From: a virus
Length of the DNA stretch: 64,000 nt
IMG/VR virus record: IMGVR_UViG_3300021197_001995
Span: 64,001-128,000 of that record
Strand: one strand, 5' to 3'
The notes under the pieces were generated by a model that ran no database searches, had not been told where the DNA came from, and saw nothing but the letters and a program-made list of their open reading frames with translations. This document shows, piece by piece, positions 9,408 to 18,155 of the stretch. Position 1 is the first letter of the stretch; every line of letters starts with the position of its first letter. A program made the translations under genes and the position numbers.

Positions 9408-9815
9408 ATGGCATCAGGATTTAACAACACACCTCCAGCATCGGAGTTTCACAGGCACAGTAGTTGGGGTAGAACCCGTAGACCAAAGAACGTAAATGGC
9501 GCGAGCAGCACAGCACATGCTCTAGACACGACGGCATATTTCACAGAGAACCAGAGGTTCTTGCACGTTGTGTGTGGCACGGCCGCGACAGTTTCAAAGA
9601 TTGAGGTTTATTATCATGGTGCCGGGATATGGTCGGAATTGGTAGAGTCTGTTGATCCGGACGGCAACGGCCAGCACCTAGACACTACCATCGCCGTCGC
9701 TGCTGGCAAAACAAGAATATTTGAAGTTGCCGGAGCAGATAAGGTTAGGATAACCAGAGCCGGCGACAACTCAGACGACACAAAAAAAGTTTGGTTACTT
9801 CTTTCCACCTTCTAA
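9408..9815 (+). CDS. Hypothetical beta-rich protein, possible virion decoration
   Basis: AGGAG SD; 135 aa. Confidence 0.65.
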   Translation: MASGFNNTPPASEFHRHSSWGRTRRPKNVNGASSTAHALDTTAYFTENQRFLHVVCGTAATVSKIEVYYHGAGIWSELVESVDPDGNGQHLDTTIAVAAGKTRIFEVAGADKVRITRAGDNSDDTKKVWLLLSTF

Positions 9816-9919
9816 AGCCTCAAAAATTTTTCCTTCCCTTTAGTTGACCCTAATACTAATTAATAGAGACAAAACTATTTGTTTATACAAAAAAATCACA
9901 ATCGTTAGGAGTCAAAAGA

Positions 9920-11095
9920 ATGTCAAACCTACTTGAAAGAGCCATCATCGATGCAAAAGCCCTCAAGGAAGCCGCCCTCAAGAACGCGGAGCAATTAGTA
10001 GTAGAAAAATACTCAGAAGAAGTAAAGACCGCTATGTCCCGCCTACTGGAGGAAGCCCCAGAGGACGCGATGGGCGATTTCGACGATCTCGGAGCTGAAA
10101 CCGAGATGGGTCTAGAAGACACCGGAGAAGATCTGGGCATGGAGACCGGAGAAGAAGCATCAGAAGAGACTCCACTCGACCCAGACACCGTCATGGGATC
10201 AATCCCCGATGCCTTTTCTGGCGATGACGACGAAATCATAAGCATTAAGCTAGATTCATTGGAAGCTGACTATGAAGATGAGGTCGACGGCCCATTTGCT
10301 TCGGGAGATGAGTTTAATGATGAAGATCTTGGAATCAACATCCTTGATGATGATGAAGAAGACCTTGATTTCGACGACGACATTGAGTTCGACGATGACA
10401 ATGAGGTAGGAGTTGACATTGACATGGACGATGCCCCTACTGCTGACATAACTGCTGACATGATGCAGGAAGTACTCTCCGAGATGGGTCTCGATGAAGA
10501 TGAAATCGATCTTGAAGAGTTAATGGAGAAGGTTCGAGTTGATTTTGAACCACAAAAGTCCGGTTGGGCTGGAACTCCGGAACCTATTATGAAAGAATAT
10601 GAAGCTATGCTACTTGCCAGAGAGCAAGACAGCGAAGTAAAAGAAGAGAACGAGGAACTTCGCAAGAATGTAGCCGCTCTTCAAAAAGAAAACAAGACTT
10701 TAACTTCTGCGGCCACCAAACTGCAGAACCAAAACAAGAAATTTAACACAGCATTTGAAACTATGCAAGAAAAGTTGGAAACCATGAATGTATCTAACGC
10801 AAAGTTGCTGTATATAAACCAGGCCTTAGAGAATGCCTCCTTGAATGAGCGACAAAAAAGAAAAATTGTCGAAGCCATTTCCAAAGCCGAAACAGTACAA
10901 GAAGCAAAGATAGTCTTTGACACTATGAATGAAACTGTTACAACTACTTCAGACGTGAGGAAGAGTGCAACACTGAATGAAATGGTATCGAGACGACCAT
11001 CGCTACTTGTCGCGGCTCGTAATGAGCAACCAAACAAGGACGCCAATCCTTTATTCAATAGAATGCAAAAATTGGCAGGGATAAAGACACAATAA
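9920..11095 (+). CDS. Prohead scaffold protein (gp22-like)
   Basis: Very acidic centre, coiled coil, C-terminal RMQKLAGI; directly before the capsid gene. Confidence 0.8.
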   Translation: MSNLLERAIIDAKALKEAALKNAEQLVVEKYSEEVKTAMSRLLEEAPEDAMGDFDDLGAETEMGLEDTGEDLGMETGEEASEETPLDPDTVMGSIPDAFSGDDDEIISIKLDSLEADYEDEVDGPFASGDEFNDEDLGINILDDDEEDLDFDDDIEFDDDNEVGVDIDMDDAPTADITADMMQEVLSEMGLDEDEIDLEELMEKVRVDFEPQKSGWAGTPEPIMKEYEAMLLAREQDSEVKEENEELRKNVAALQKENKTLTSAATKLQNQNKKFNTAFETMQEKLETMNVSNAKLLYINQALENASLNERQKRKIVEAISKAETVQEAKIVFDTMNETVTTTSDVRKSATLNEMVSRRPSLLVAARNEQPNKDANPLFNRMQKLAGIKTQ

Positions 11096-11123
11096 ATCTT
11101 ATAGAAAAGGAGGTGATTTTATA

Positions 11124-13025
11124 ATGTCTGTTTTACAAAAACTAACAGAGGGCGTTCAGTCTCGCGATATGCAAGCTGAAGGCGCCGCTCTACTAAACAA
11201 ATGGGAAGCTACTGGCTTGCTTGAGGGTCTTAACGAAGGCTCACACAAGCAGGGTATGGCTATGCTTCTCGAAAACCAAGCTAAGGAGCTTCTTCGCGAA
11301 GCTTCAGCTATGGGTGCCGGTGATGTCGAAGGCTTCGCAGCCGTCGCATTTCCAATCGTTCGCCGTGTATTCGGTGGATTGATCGCTAACGATCTCGTCA
11401 GCGTTCAGCCAATGAGCCTGCCATCAGGTCTCATTTTCTTCCTTGATTTTATCAAGAGCCCCGACAAGCGCGGAGGCGACGGTTCGTCGATCTATGGCGG
11501 AAACAAGGTAGGTAAAGAAATTCAAACTGGTGTTGACTTGAGCCCAGCTCATTCTGATGCCGGTGCATCACCGCTTAGCGCTGGTGGTTTCTACGACTTC
11601 AATACTGGTTTTGCTCACGCTACTGGTTCTGTTGTAGACCCGGCCAAGACGGCCACAGTCAACGCGTCAGTCGCCGCGGCCGAGCGAGTAGCGCTTGTTT
11701 CAGATACGCCAGTTACTTTAACTGGTCAGAAGACTATCGCAGATTTCAACGCCAGCACAGCAGCCGGCGAAGCCCTGAGAAAACTAGTTGATTTTGACCC
11801 AGATCTCTTGGCCATTACTGCCACCGCAACGAGAGTTGTACTTTTGGATCTTCCGATCCCATCAGACTTGAACAGAGACGCACTATCTGCTGTCAAGCTC
11901 GAAAGGTCAGCTGACAAGCGCATCGGAGCTTGTCTCGATGCTTCTGACGGTGAAGTAATCGATCGACTTTCTGTCGGTTGCCGACAGATCAGAAGACTAA
12001 CGAAGTTGGTCGACACTACTGGAAACGGTACCGTAGATAAGCTTCGAGTTTGCATCATCAATAACGACGCAGACGTCGCTATTACTGATAATAATGATAG
12101 CGAGGGCCCATCGGTCATCTTAAATACTCATCAGATCGAGATACAAAGCTATCCGAAGGCTGATCAGCTTGAAGCTGTATCCGGCGGCGTTGGTGCAGTT
12201 AATCTTGTCGGTACTGACGGTAGCGGCATACCACTTGAAAGCGCAGCTGACATGGCTGAGATCGACATCAAGGTCGACTCAATCGCAGTCACCGCACAGA
12301 CCAAGAAACTGAAGGCCAAATGGTCTCCAGAACTCGGTCAGGACCTCAACGCATACCACAACTTGGATGCAGAGGTTGAGCTTACTGGTATTCTTTCAGA
12401 GCAGATTGCTTTGGAAATCGACCGTGAGCTTCTCGGTGACCTTGTAAACGGTGCAACTGCTGGTACTCGTTACTGGAGCCGTGCACCTGGTTTATTCGTA
12501 GACTCAAGTGGCGCAGAGGTTGGTGCTTCTTCGGCAGCACCTGACTTCACTGGCACTGTCAGTGAATGGTATGAGACTCTCATTGAAACCATCAATGATG
12601 TTTCAGCCCAGATCCACAGAAAGACACTCCGAGGCGGAGCAAACTTTGTTGTTTGTTCTCCTGAGGTTGCTAACATCTTGGAATTCACCAGTGGTTTCCG
12701 CGCAAGCGTAACTGCTGACCAGGATCGTGGTACCATCGGTGCTGTTAAGTCTGGATCTTTGAGCAAGAAGTTTGACGTTTATGTTGATCCTTACTTTGTT
12801 CGAAACGTGATCCTCGTTGGTCGTAAGGGTAGTTCATTCCTCGAAAGTGGATTTGTCTACGCCCCATACGTACCATTGCAGGTCACACCAACCATTTTCG
12901 GTACGGAAGACTTCGTGCCACGTAAGGGTGTCATGACTCGTTACGCCAAGAAGATGGTTCGACCAGATATGTATGGTCTAGTTGTCGTTCGTGGTCTCCT
13001 CGGTGAGGCAGGAAAGACAGCCTAA
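11124..13025 (+). CDS. Major capsid protein (T4 gp23-like) with large insertion
   Basis: VSVQPMSLPSGLIFFLD, KKLKAKWSPELGQDLNAYH, YAPYVPL, FVPRKGVMTRYA. Confidence 0.97.
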   Translation: MSVLQKLTEGVQSRDMQAEGAALLNKWEATGLLEGLNEGSHKQGMAMLLENQAKELLREASAMGAGDVEGFAAVAFPIVRRVFGGLIANDLVSVQPMSLPSGLIFFLDFIKSPDKRGGDGSSIYGGNKVGKEIQTGVDLSPAHSDAGASPLSAGGFYDFNTGFAHATGSVVDPAKTATVNASVAAAERVALVSDTPVTLTGQKTIADFNASTAAGEALRKLVDFDPDLLAITATATRVVLLDLPIPSDLNRDALSAVKLERSADKRIGACLDASDGEVIDRLSVGCRQIRRLTKLVDTTGNGTVDKLRVCIINNDADVAITDNNDSEGPSVILNTHQIEIQSYPKADQLEAVSGGVGAVNLVGTDGSGIPLESAADMAEIDIKVDSIAVTAQTKKLKAKWSPELGQDLNAYHNLDAEVELTGILSEQIALEIDRELLGDLVNGATAGTRYWSRAPGLFVDSSGAEVGASSAAPDFTGTVSEWYETLIETINDVSAQIHRKTLRGGANFVVCSPEVANILEFTSGFRASVTADQDRGTIGAVKSGSLSKKFDVYVDPYFVRNVILVGRKGSSFLESGFVYAPYVPLQVTPTIFGTEDFVPRKGVMTRYAKKMVRPDMYGLVVVRGLLGEAGKTA

Positions 13026-13053
13026 TAGTTAATTTAATTAACAATTAGAAAAC

Positions 13054-13094
13054 AAAGCCCTCGGTCATTAATTTGGTCGGGGGTTTCGTTTTTT
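13054..13094 (+). terminator. Rho-independent terminator after the capsid gene
   Basis: AAAGCCCTCGGTCA...TGGTCGGGGGTTT stem with T tract. Confidence 0.75.
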
Positions 13095-13188
13095 CTGCGA
13101 CTAATTATTGTACATAGAATGAATCTACCCAGTTTCATGACATGATTATAAATGGTTAAAACCAAAAAAACCAATGGAGGGTTATAAA

Positions 13189-13713
13189 ATGGGTACAAAA
13201 AGAATAGGCCTGGCGAGAGTCGAGGCACTAATGGAGAATTTGAAGAGAGATCTGGCACTAGGTGGATCCACAATTAGCGGCAACCAGAGAAAGTGCGTGA
13301 CATTAACCGACGCGGCTGCTGCGGAAGCTATACGTTCGGCACTGACAGTGGCTGAGTCTGGAACAATATTCGTCGTTCCAGCACTGACTGGCGACACCCA
13401 GACTTTGGACCTGCCAGCGCACAATGCAGCCATGGTTGGCACAACGTATACGTTCACCATGGCCGCTACCGCGGGACAGATACTTACTATCAGCACTCCT
13501 GGCGCCGAAAAGATTGTCGGATGTGTTCCTAAGGGTGATGGTGACAATAACGCGGCCTCAGCTGCCAACGACTCAGTGTCTTTTGCCGCTACAGCAATTA
13601 TTGGCACACATTTTTCACTGACGTGTGTCTCTGCTACAGCAGGCGTCGCATGGCTTCTGCATGATGTTGTAGAGGGTGTTGCGGCCAACACAGGCACTGT
13701 CGTCTTGGCATAA
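13189..13713 (+). CDS. Putative capsid decoration or head-fibre protein
   Basis: GGAGG SD; Ala/Thr/Gly-rich; ACTAATTA box at 13100. Confidence 0.65.
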   Translation: MGTKRIGLARVEALMENLKRDLALGGSTISGNQRKCVTLTDAAAAEAIRSALTVAESGTIFVVPALTGDTQTLDLPAHNAAMVGTTYTFTMAATAGQILTISTPGAEKIVGCVPKGDGDNNAASAANDSVSFAATAIIGTHFSLTCVSATAGVAWLLHDVVEGVAANTGTVVLA

Positions 13714-13743
13714 AAGCGACGCTTAAGATTTAGCAAATCTTCT

Positions 13744-13778
13744 AAACCCCCTTCCAATTCTTGGTTGGGGGTTTTTTT
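13744..13778 (+). terminator. Rho-independent terminator
   Basis: AAACCCCC...GGGGGTTTTTTT. Confidence 0.75.
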
Positions 13779-13819
13779 ATATCCAACCTATTTATAATAT
13801 AACACGAAAGGATACTCCC

Positions 13820-14179
13820 ATGGGTAAGAAATCAAGAAAATTAAGAAGTCCGAAGTATGCAGTCAAGGCTGCTGGCCTACGAAACGCTGTAGCAAGACTT
13901 CGAGGCCAAGTAACAGAAGCAGTAGAGCCAGTAGTGGAGCCAGTAGTGGAGCCAGTAACAGAGATTGCCACGAAAACTGTTGAACCAGCACAAGAGGAGC
14001 CAAAGGAAAACCCTAATGCACTAAAGTTTATTAAAGAAGACAAGGAAATCCAGATTGAGGATCCAGATCTAGCAATTAAAACGCCCCCGGAAGCTAAGAA
14101 AACCTCTACAGCCACCCCAAAGAAAACGACTTCCACGACCCGTAGAAGGCGAACTACCAAAACAAAACAAGACTCCTAG
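13820..14179 (+). CDS. Low-complexity protein with basic ends
   Basis: K/R-rich termini; VEPV x3; CCTATTTA box at 13787. Confidence 0.7.
   Translation: MGKKSRKLRSPKYAVKAAGLRNAVARLRGQVTEAVEPVVEPVVEPVTEIATKTVEPAQEEPKENPNALKFIKEDKEIQIEDPDLAIKTPPEAKKTSTATPKKTTSTTRRRRTTKTKQDS
13922..13957 (+). repeat. 12-bp tandem repeat x3 encoding VEPV
   Basis: gtagagccagta gtggagccagta gtggagccagta. Confidence 0.8.
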
Positions 14180-14239
14180 GCTATTTGTCCATACCACCAA
14201 CTATTTATAATGATAAACTATAACTAGCGAGGGACAATT

Positions 14240-15886
14240 ATGTCTGCACCCACATTGACACCGGCAAGTACGCTATCAACAATTGTCTTGCCATCAGCAG
14301 GAACGATTTCAAAAGTAAACGAAGCGTTACCTTACAAAATCTATTCAGAAGAGTCTTCTCCAATGTACTCCTCAGAGTTTCTTTCGGGAGCCGTAGATCA
14401 AGTCTCTTATGTGTTTAAGAAACTTGGAGGTGATGTTTTAGATCTAGAGATAACAGAAGGAAACGTATACGCAGCTTATGAAGAAGCGGTATTAGAATAC
14501 TCCTACTTAATAAACGTACACCAGGCAACGAATGTATTGTCTGACGCACTAGGGAACACAACTGGATCGTTTGATTCCAAGGGCAACATCGAGCAAGGCG
14601 CTTTATCTTCTTCATTGGGAGGAACACACGTCGCCTTAAAGTATCCTAAATTCGACTACAGCATGACTAGAAGGATAGGTGAGGGCATAGGGTCCGAGAT
14701 TGGTTTAAACGGATCCGTGCAGCACTCTGCTTCCTTTGACGTCCACCCGGGAACGCAAGATTACGACCTTCAGCAAATCATAAGTTCAAGGTTGAATACT
14801 TCAGCCACCGCCGGCTTGACTTTATCCGCAGCACCGGCCAACGGAAAGATCTTAACCTTGATCGATACAGATAACAGAACAGTTGATTTCAAGTTTGACA
14901 CAGATCTAGACTACAGTTCTCCAAACGCATCTCCAGTGGTGATAGGCATCGACGCAGCAAACAACGCCGCAGACGCAGCCAACGCAGAATCTGTTGCAAC
15001 CTTGCTCGCTGCAGCTATTAATAACAACAACCATCTGCAGATAACGGCCGCGGTAGATGGATCCGATGCGAAAAAGGTAAATTTAACACAAAACAAGGGA
15101 GGAGCCGCCGGAAACACATCCATCACGGAAAACTCTGCAGCGATAACGGCAACTAGTTTTACCGACGGCGCTAATGAATTTCCCTATGGTAGCGACATAG
15201 CAGGAAAGCGAATCCTCGTCAAGAAAGTGTTCTACAAGACTCCGCATGCAATGTGGAGGTTCTTCGGCTACTATGGGGGATTAAACGTTGTAGGAAACTT
15301 GCACAACTACGGACAGTTCTCAGATGATTCAACATTCCAGTTAGTACCTGCGTGGCACAACAAGGCTCAGGCCATGGCCTTCGAGGATGCGATCTATACA
15401 AGAATGTCCCACTTCTCTTATGAACTTAAAAACAACAAGATTCGTCTTTATCCTAAACCATATGGTGGTTCCCCTGTAAAAATGTGGGTGGAGTTTTCAA
15501 TCCCAACTGACGTTTGGGACTCTGACGACGAATCAGTGAACGGTGTCAACAATATGAACACCTTGCCGATAGGTAACTTACCTTTCGGAAGCATAAACTC
15601 TATTGGTAAACAGTGGATACGAAGGTTCTCGCTAGCCTTGTGCAAAGAAACGCTCGGCCAAGTCAGATCTAAGTTCGGATCAGTACCGGTACCCGGCCAA
15701 CAGGTCCAGCTTAATGGCACAGCACTACTATCAGAAGCGAAAGATGAACAAAACAAACTAAGGGATGAGCTAAAGCAAACCCTTACAGAATTAACTTATG
15801 TTAAATTGGCAGAACAAGACGCCGGCATGCTCGAAAGCGCGGAGAAAGTCTTGGATAAGGTGCCAAATTACATTTTTGTGGGGTAA
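14240..15886 (+). CDS. Neck/head-tail adaptor (gp13-like) with inserted domain
   Basis: KKLGGDVLDLEIT; C-terminal WIRRFSLALCKETLGQVRSKF...LNGTALLSEA. Confidence 0.8.
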   Translation: MSAPTLTPASTLSTIVLPSAGTISKVNEALPYKIYSEESSPMYSSEFLSGAVDQVSYVFKKLGGDVLDLEITEGNVYAAYEEAVLEYSYLINVHQATNVLSDALGNTTGSFDSKGNIEQGALSSSLGGTHVALKYPKFDYSMTRRIGEGIGSEIGLNGSVQHSASFDVHPGTQDYDLQQIISSRLNTSATAGLTLSAAPANGKILTLIDTDNRTVDFKFDTDLDYSSPNASPVVIGIDAANNAADAANAESVATLLAAAINNNNHLQITAAVDGSDAKKVNLTQNKGGAAGNTSITENSAAITATSFTDGANEFPYGSDIAGKRILVKKVFYKTPHAMWRFFGYYGGLNVVGNLHNYGQFSDDSTFQLVPAWHNKAQAMAFEDAIYTRMSHFSYELKNNKIRLYPKPYGGSPVKMWVEFSIPTDVWDSDDESVNGVNNMNTLPIGNLPFGSINSIGKQWIRRFSLALCKETLGQVRSKFGSVPVPGQQVQLNGTALLSEAKDEQNKLRDELKQTLTELTYVKLAEQDAGMLESAEKVLDKVPNYIFVG

Positions 15887-15892
15887 TTTTTA

Positions 15893-16390
15893 ATGTCAGA
15901 CGATAACAAATGGGAACAACCTGCAGCCCCACCTCCGCCACTCTTTACTGGAAAGAAAGAGAAGGACCTGGTAAAGCAGATCAACGACGAGATTATAGAG
16001 AGAGTCGTCGGGCAGACAATTTTGTACTATCCAATAAGTTTGGAGCACACAAAATTCCACAATACTTACGGCGAAGCAATAGACAAGAACTTTCTGAACC
16101 CAGTTAGGATTTATGCCATGGTAAAATATGTATCCCAAAACACAACCACAACGCCACTAGGTATTGACCGCGTGGAAAAGATTTCAATCTCGTTTCACAA
16201 GCGACGACTGGTAGAGGACCAGGATCTTTTTGTAAGAGAAGGAGACTTCGTTCAGTACGGTGAGAACTTTTACGAGATACTCACCCTAGTAGAGCCAGTG
16301 TGGTTATACGGCCAGGTAGAATCTAAGTTTGAGATCACAGCAGATTGTGTACGAGCCCGAGAAGGCTTGTTTGGAGTTAAGAGCCAATGA
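15893..16390 (+). CDS. Neck/head-closure protein (gp14-like)
   Basis: GQTILYY...YGEA...EGDFVQYGENFYEI; position after gp13-like gene. Confidence 0.75.
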   Translation: MSDDNKWEQPAAPPPPLFTGKKEKDLVKQINDEIIERVVGQTILYYPISLEHTKFHNTYGEAIDKNFLNPVRIYAMVKYVSQNTTTTPLGIDRVEKISISFHKRRLVEDQDLFVREGDFVQYGENFYEILTLVEPVWLYGQVESKFEITADCVRAREGLFGVKSQ

Positions 16391-17208
16391 CAGAGAGCAA
16401 AATACCATACAAAATTTATTTTGAAGCATCCACAATAGAGAACATAGACAAATCAGTGCTAGATTATGTTAAAGGTATGCAACTAAGGTCGACAACTAAT
16501 GAGGGCTTCAAGGAAGTTCCGGTTATGTGGGGCACATCAGAGAGATCCTTTGTATCGAAGGGAGAAAAAAGCATTAGAGATGCCCAAGGCATGCTCAAGC
16601 TTCCAATCATTTCGATAAGAAGAACAGGATTCTCAAAACCACTAGCTAGTAAAGGGGCCTTTCATGGAAACGTACCAGAAAACCCAGATTCACAGGGCGG
16701 ATCTTTGGTGGTTAGTAGAGTAATCAATGCGGAGAAGACAAACAACTTTGCAAAAGCCGATACCAAGAAAATGACAGGGCAAACGAACTATCCTAGAAAA
16801 AACAACAAGATAGTTTACCAGACTGTCTCCGCACCTATGCCTGTCAACGTAGAATTGACTTATGAGATAACAATAAGAACAGAATATCAGCAACAAATGA
16901 ATGAATTGATGTTGCCTTTTGTTACAAAGTCTGGTACAATAAACTATGTTAGACTCGAAAGCAACGGCCACCGCTATGAGGGTTTCTTGCAGGACCAATA
17001 CAGTGCAAAAGACAATATTTCAGACTTCTCAGCTGACGAACGAAAATTCGAAACATCGATCAGCTTGAGAGTGGTGGGATATCTGGTAGGCCAAGGCGAT
17101 AATCGAGAGAAGCCACATTTCTCAGTGAGAGAGAACGCTGTAGAAGTAAAGATCCCCAGAGAAAGCGTAATTGTCAGCGAAGAAGAACTGAAAAAATACG
17201 ACTTATAA
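16387..17208 (+). CDS. Tail terminator/sheath stabiliser (gp15-like)
   Basis: VPVMWG, LPIISIRR, PVNVELTYEITI...QMNELM. Confidence 0.75.
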   Translation: MTESKIPYKIYFEASTIENIDKSVLDYVKGMQLRSTTNEGFKEVPVMWGTSERSFVSKGEKSIRDAQGMLKLPIISIRRTGFSKPLASKGAFHGNVPENPDSQGGSLVVSRVINAEKTNNFAKADTKKMTGQTNYPRKNNKIVYQTVSAPMPVNVELTYEITIRTEYQQQMNELMLPFVTKSGTINYVRLESNGHRYEGFLQDQYSAKDNISDFSADERKFETSISLRVVGYLVGQGDNREKPHFSVRENAVEVKIPRESVIVSEEELKKYDL

Positions 17209-17225
17209 ATTAAACAAAAAAACAC

Positions 17226-17254
17226 TTGAAATTAAATTATTTTGGTGATAGAAT
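17226..17254 (+). promoter_or_regulatory. Sigma70-type promoter
   Basis: TTGAAA-17-TAGAAT with extended TG. Confidence 0.65.
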
Positions 17255-17312
17255 TGTTACACCAAGTACTTATTAGAGGTACAAAACCTGTTAACATAGA
17301 AAGGAAAACAAA

Positions 17313-17666
17313 ATGACAGAAGAAACAACAGAGCAGACCGAAGCAACAGAAAGCGAAACAGTAGAATCAGCAGAGGAAATAAAGTTCCAGGAAGTTGTGG
17401 AAATTCCATGGGAGGAAGTCCAAGAAACGCTGCAATTGAGAATGACTTTGACTCAAGCCGAAGATCAAGTGTCAACATTTCTACTCAGCGCCGAAAAAAG
17501 AAAGACAATGCTTATGTCTCGCCTAGCAGAGCTGGAAAGCTCGCTCTATCAGTCTGCAAACGCACTGAGAGAGGACAAGGAACTCAACCCAGACTGGGCC
17601 TATGAGTTGAAACTCCCAGACGCTCAAGGAGAAAAAGGCTACTTTGTACGCAAAGAGGAACAGTAG
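17313..17666 (+). CDS. Hypothetical acidic coiled-coil protein
   Basis: AAGGA SD; 117 aa. Confidence 0.75.
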   Translation: MTEETTEQTEATESETVESAEEIKFQEVVEIPWEEVQETLQLRMTLTQAEDQVSTFLLSAEKRKTMLMSRLAELESSLYQSANALREDKELNPDWAYELKLPDAQGEKGYFVRKEEQ

Positions 17667-17681
17667 ATACTACTTATAAAT

Positions 17682-17715
17682 GTAAGTCTGGCCGCGGCAA
17701 CGCAGTCAGATTTAC
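17682..17715 (+). promoter_or_regulatory. 5' leader hairpin with GCAA tetraloop
   Basis: GUAAGUCUGGC-C-GCG-GCAA-CGC-A-GUCAGAUUUAC; begins just after the ACTACTTA box. Confidence 0.55.
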
Positions 17716-17757
17716 GTAAGAAATCAAAAAATTCTCTCAAGAAGAAGGAGCAAATTA

Positions 17758-17970
17758 ATGTTTACGACGAGCGACATAGGAATAGCAGCATACTTACAAT
17801 TAAAAGGCCTAAAGCTTAAAGAATGTCGCCGTCTAGACACTGGCAAATTCCACTTTTGTTTTGAAGACCCAGATTCCAGGTCTCAGAGTCTCTCACTCGA
17901 ATTCTTGGATTCTGACTTTTGCAAATTTGACAACATTGTCCGCAACCTCAAGAAAATCCTCTTCTCTTGA
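17758..17970 (+). CDS. DUF5659-like small protein
   Basis: FTTSDIGIAAYLQLKG...FHFCFED pattern; AAGGAG SD. Confidence 0.65.
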   Translation: MFTTSDIGIAAYLQLKGLKLKECRRLDTGKFHFCFEDPDSRSQSLSLEFLDSDFCKFDNIVRNLKKILFS

Positions 17971-18155
17971 AGAAACGAAAAACTATTTAATAGTGTTCGT
18001 TAATTTTTAATCCCATAAGCCTTAGATTCACTTTTCTCACCTCACGCTTTTAGTTTACTGCCATCCCAATTTATCGATTTTTTGCTAATACTTGTTTATT
18101 ATTTATTTATCTAACCGTAGAAATAACAAAACATTTCTTAGGAGGAAATTAAAAC

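Noticed and set aside
17971-18155. tRNA or known ncRNA in the larger intergenic gaps
   Set aside because: No cloverleaf, T-loop or other recognisable family signature by eye
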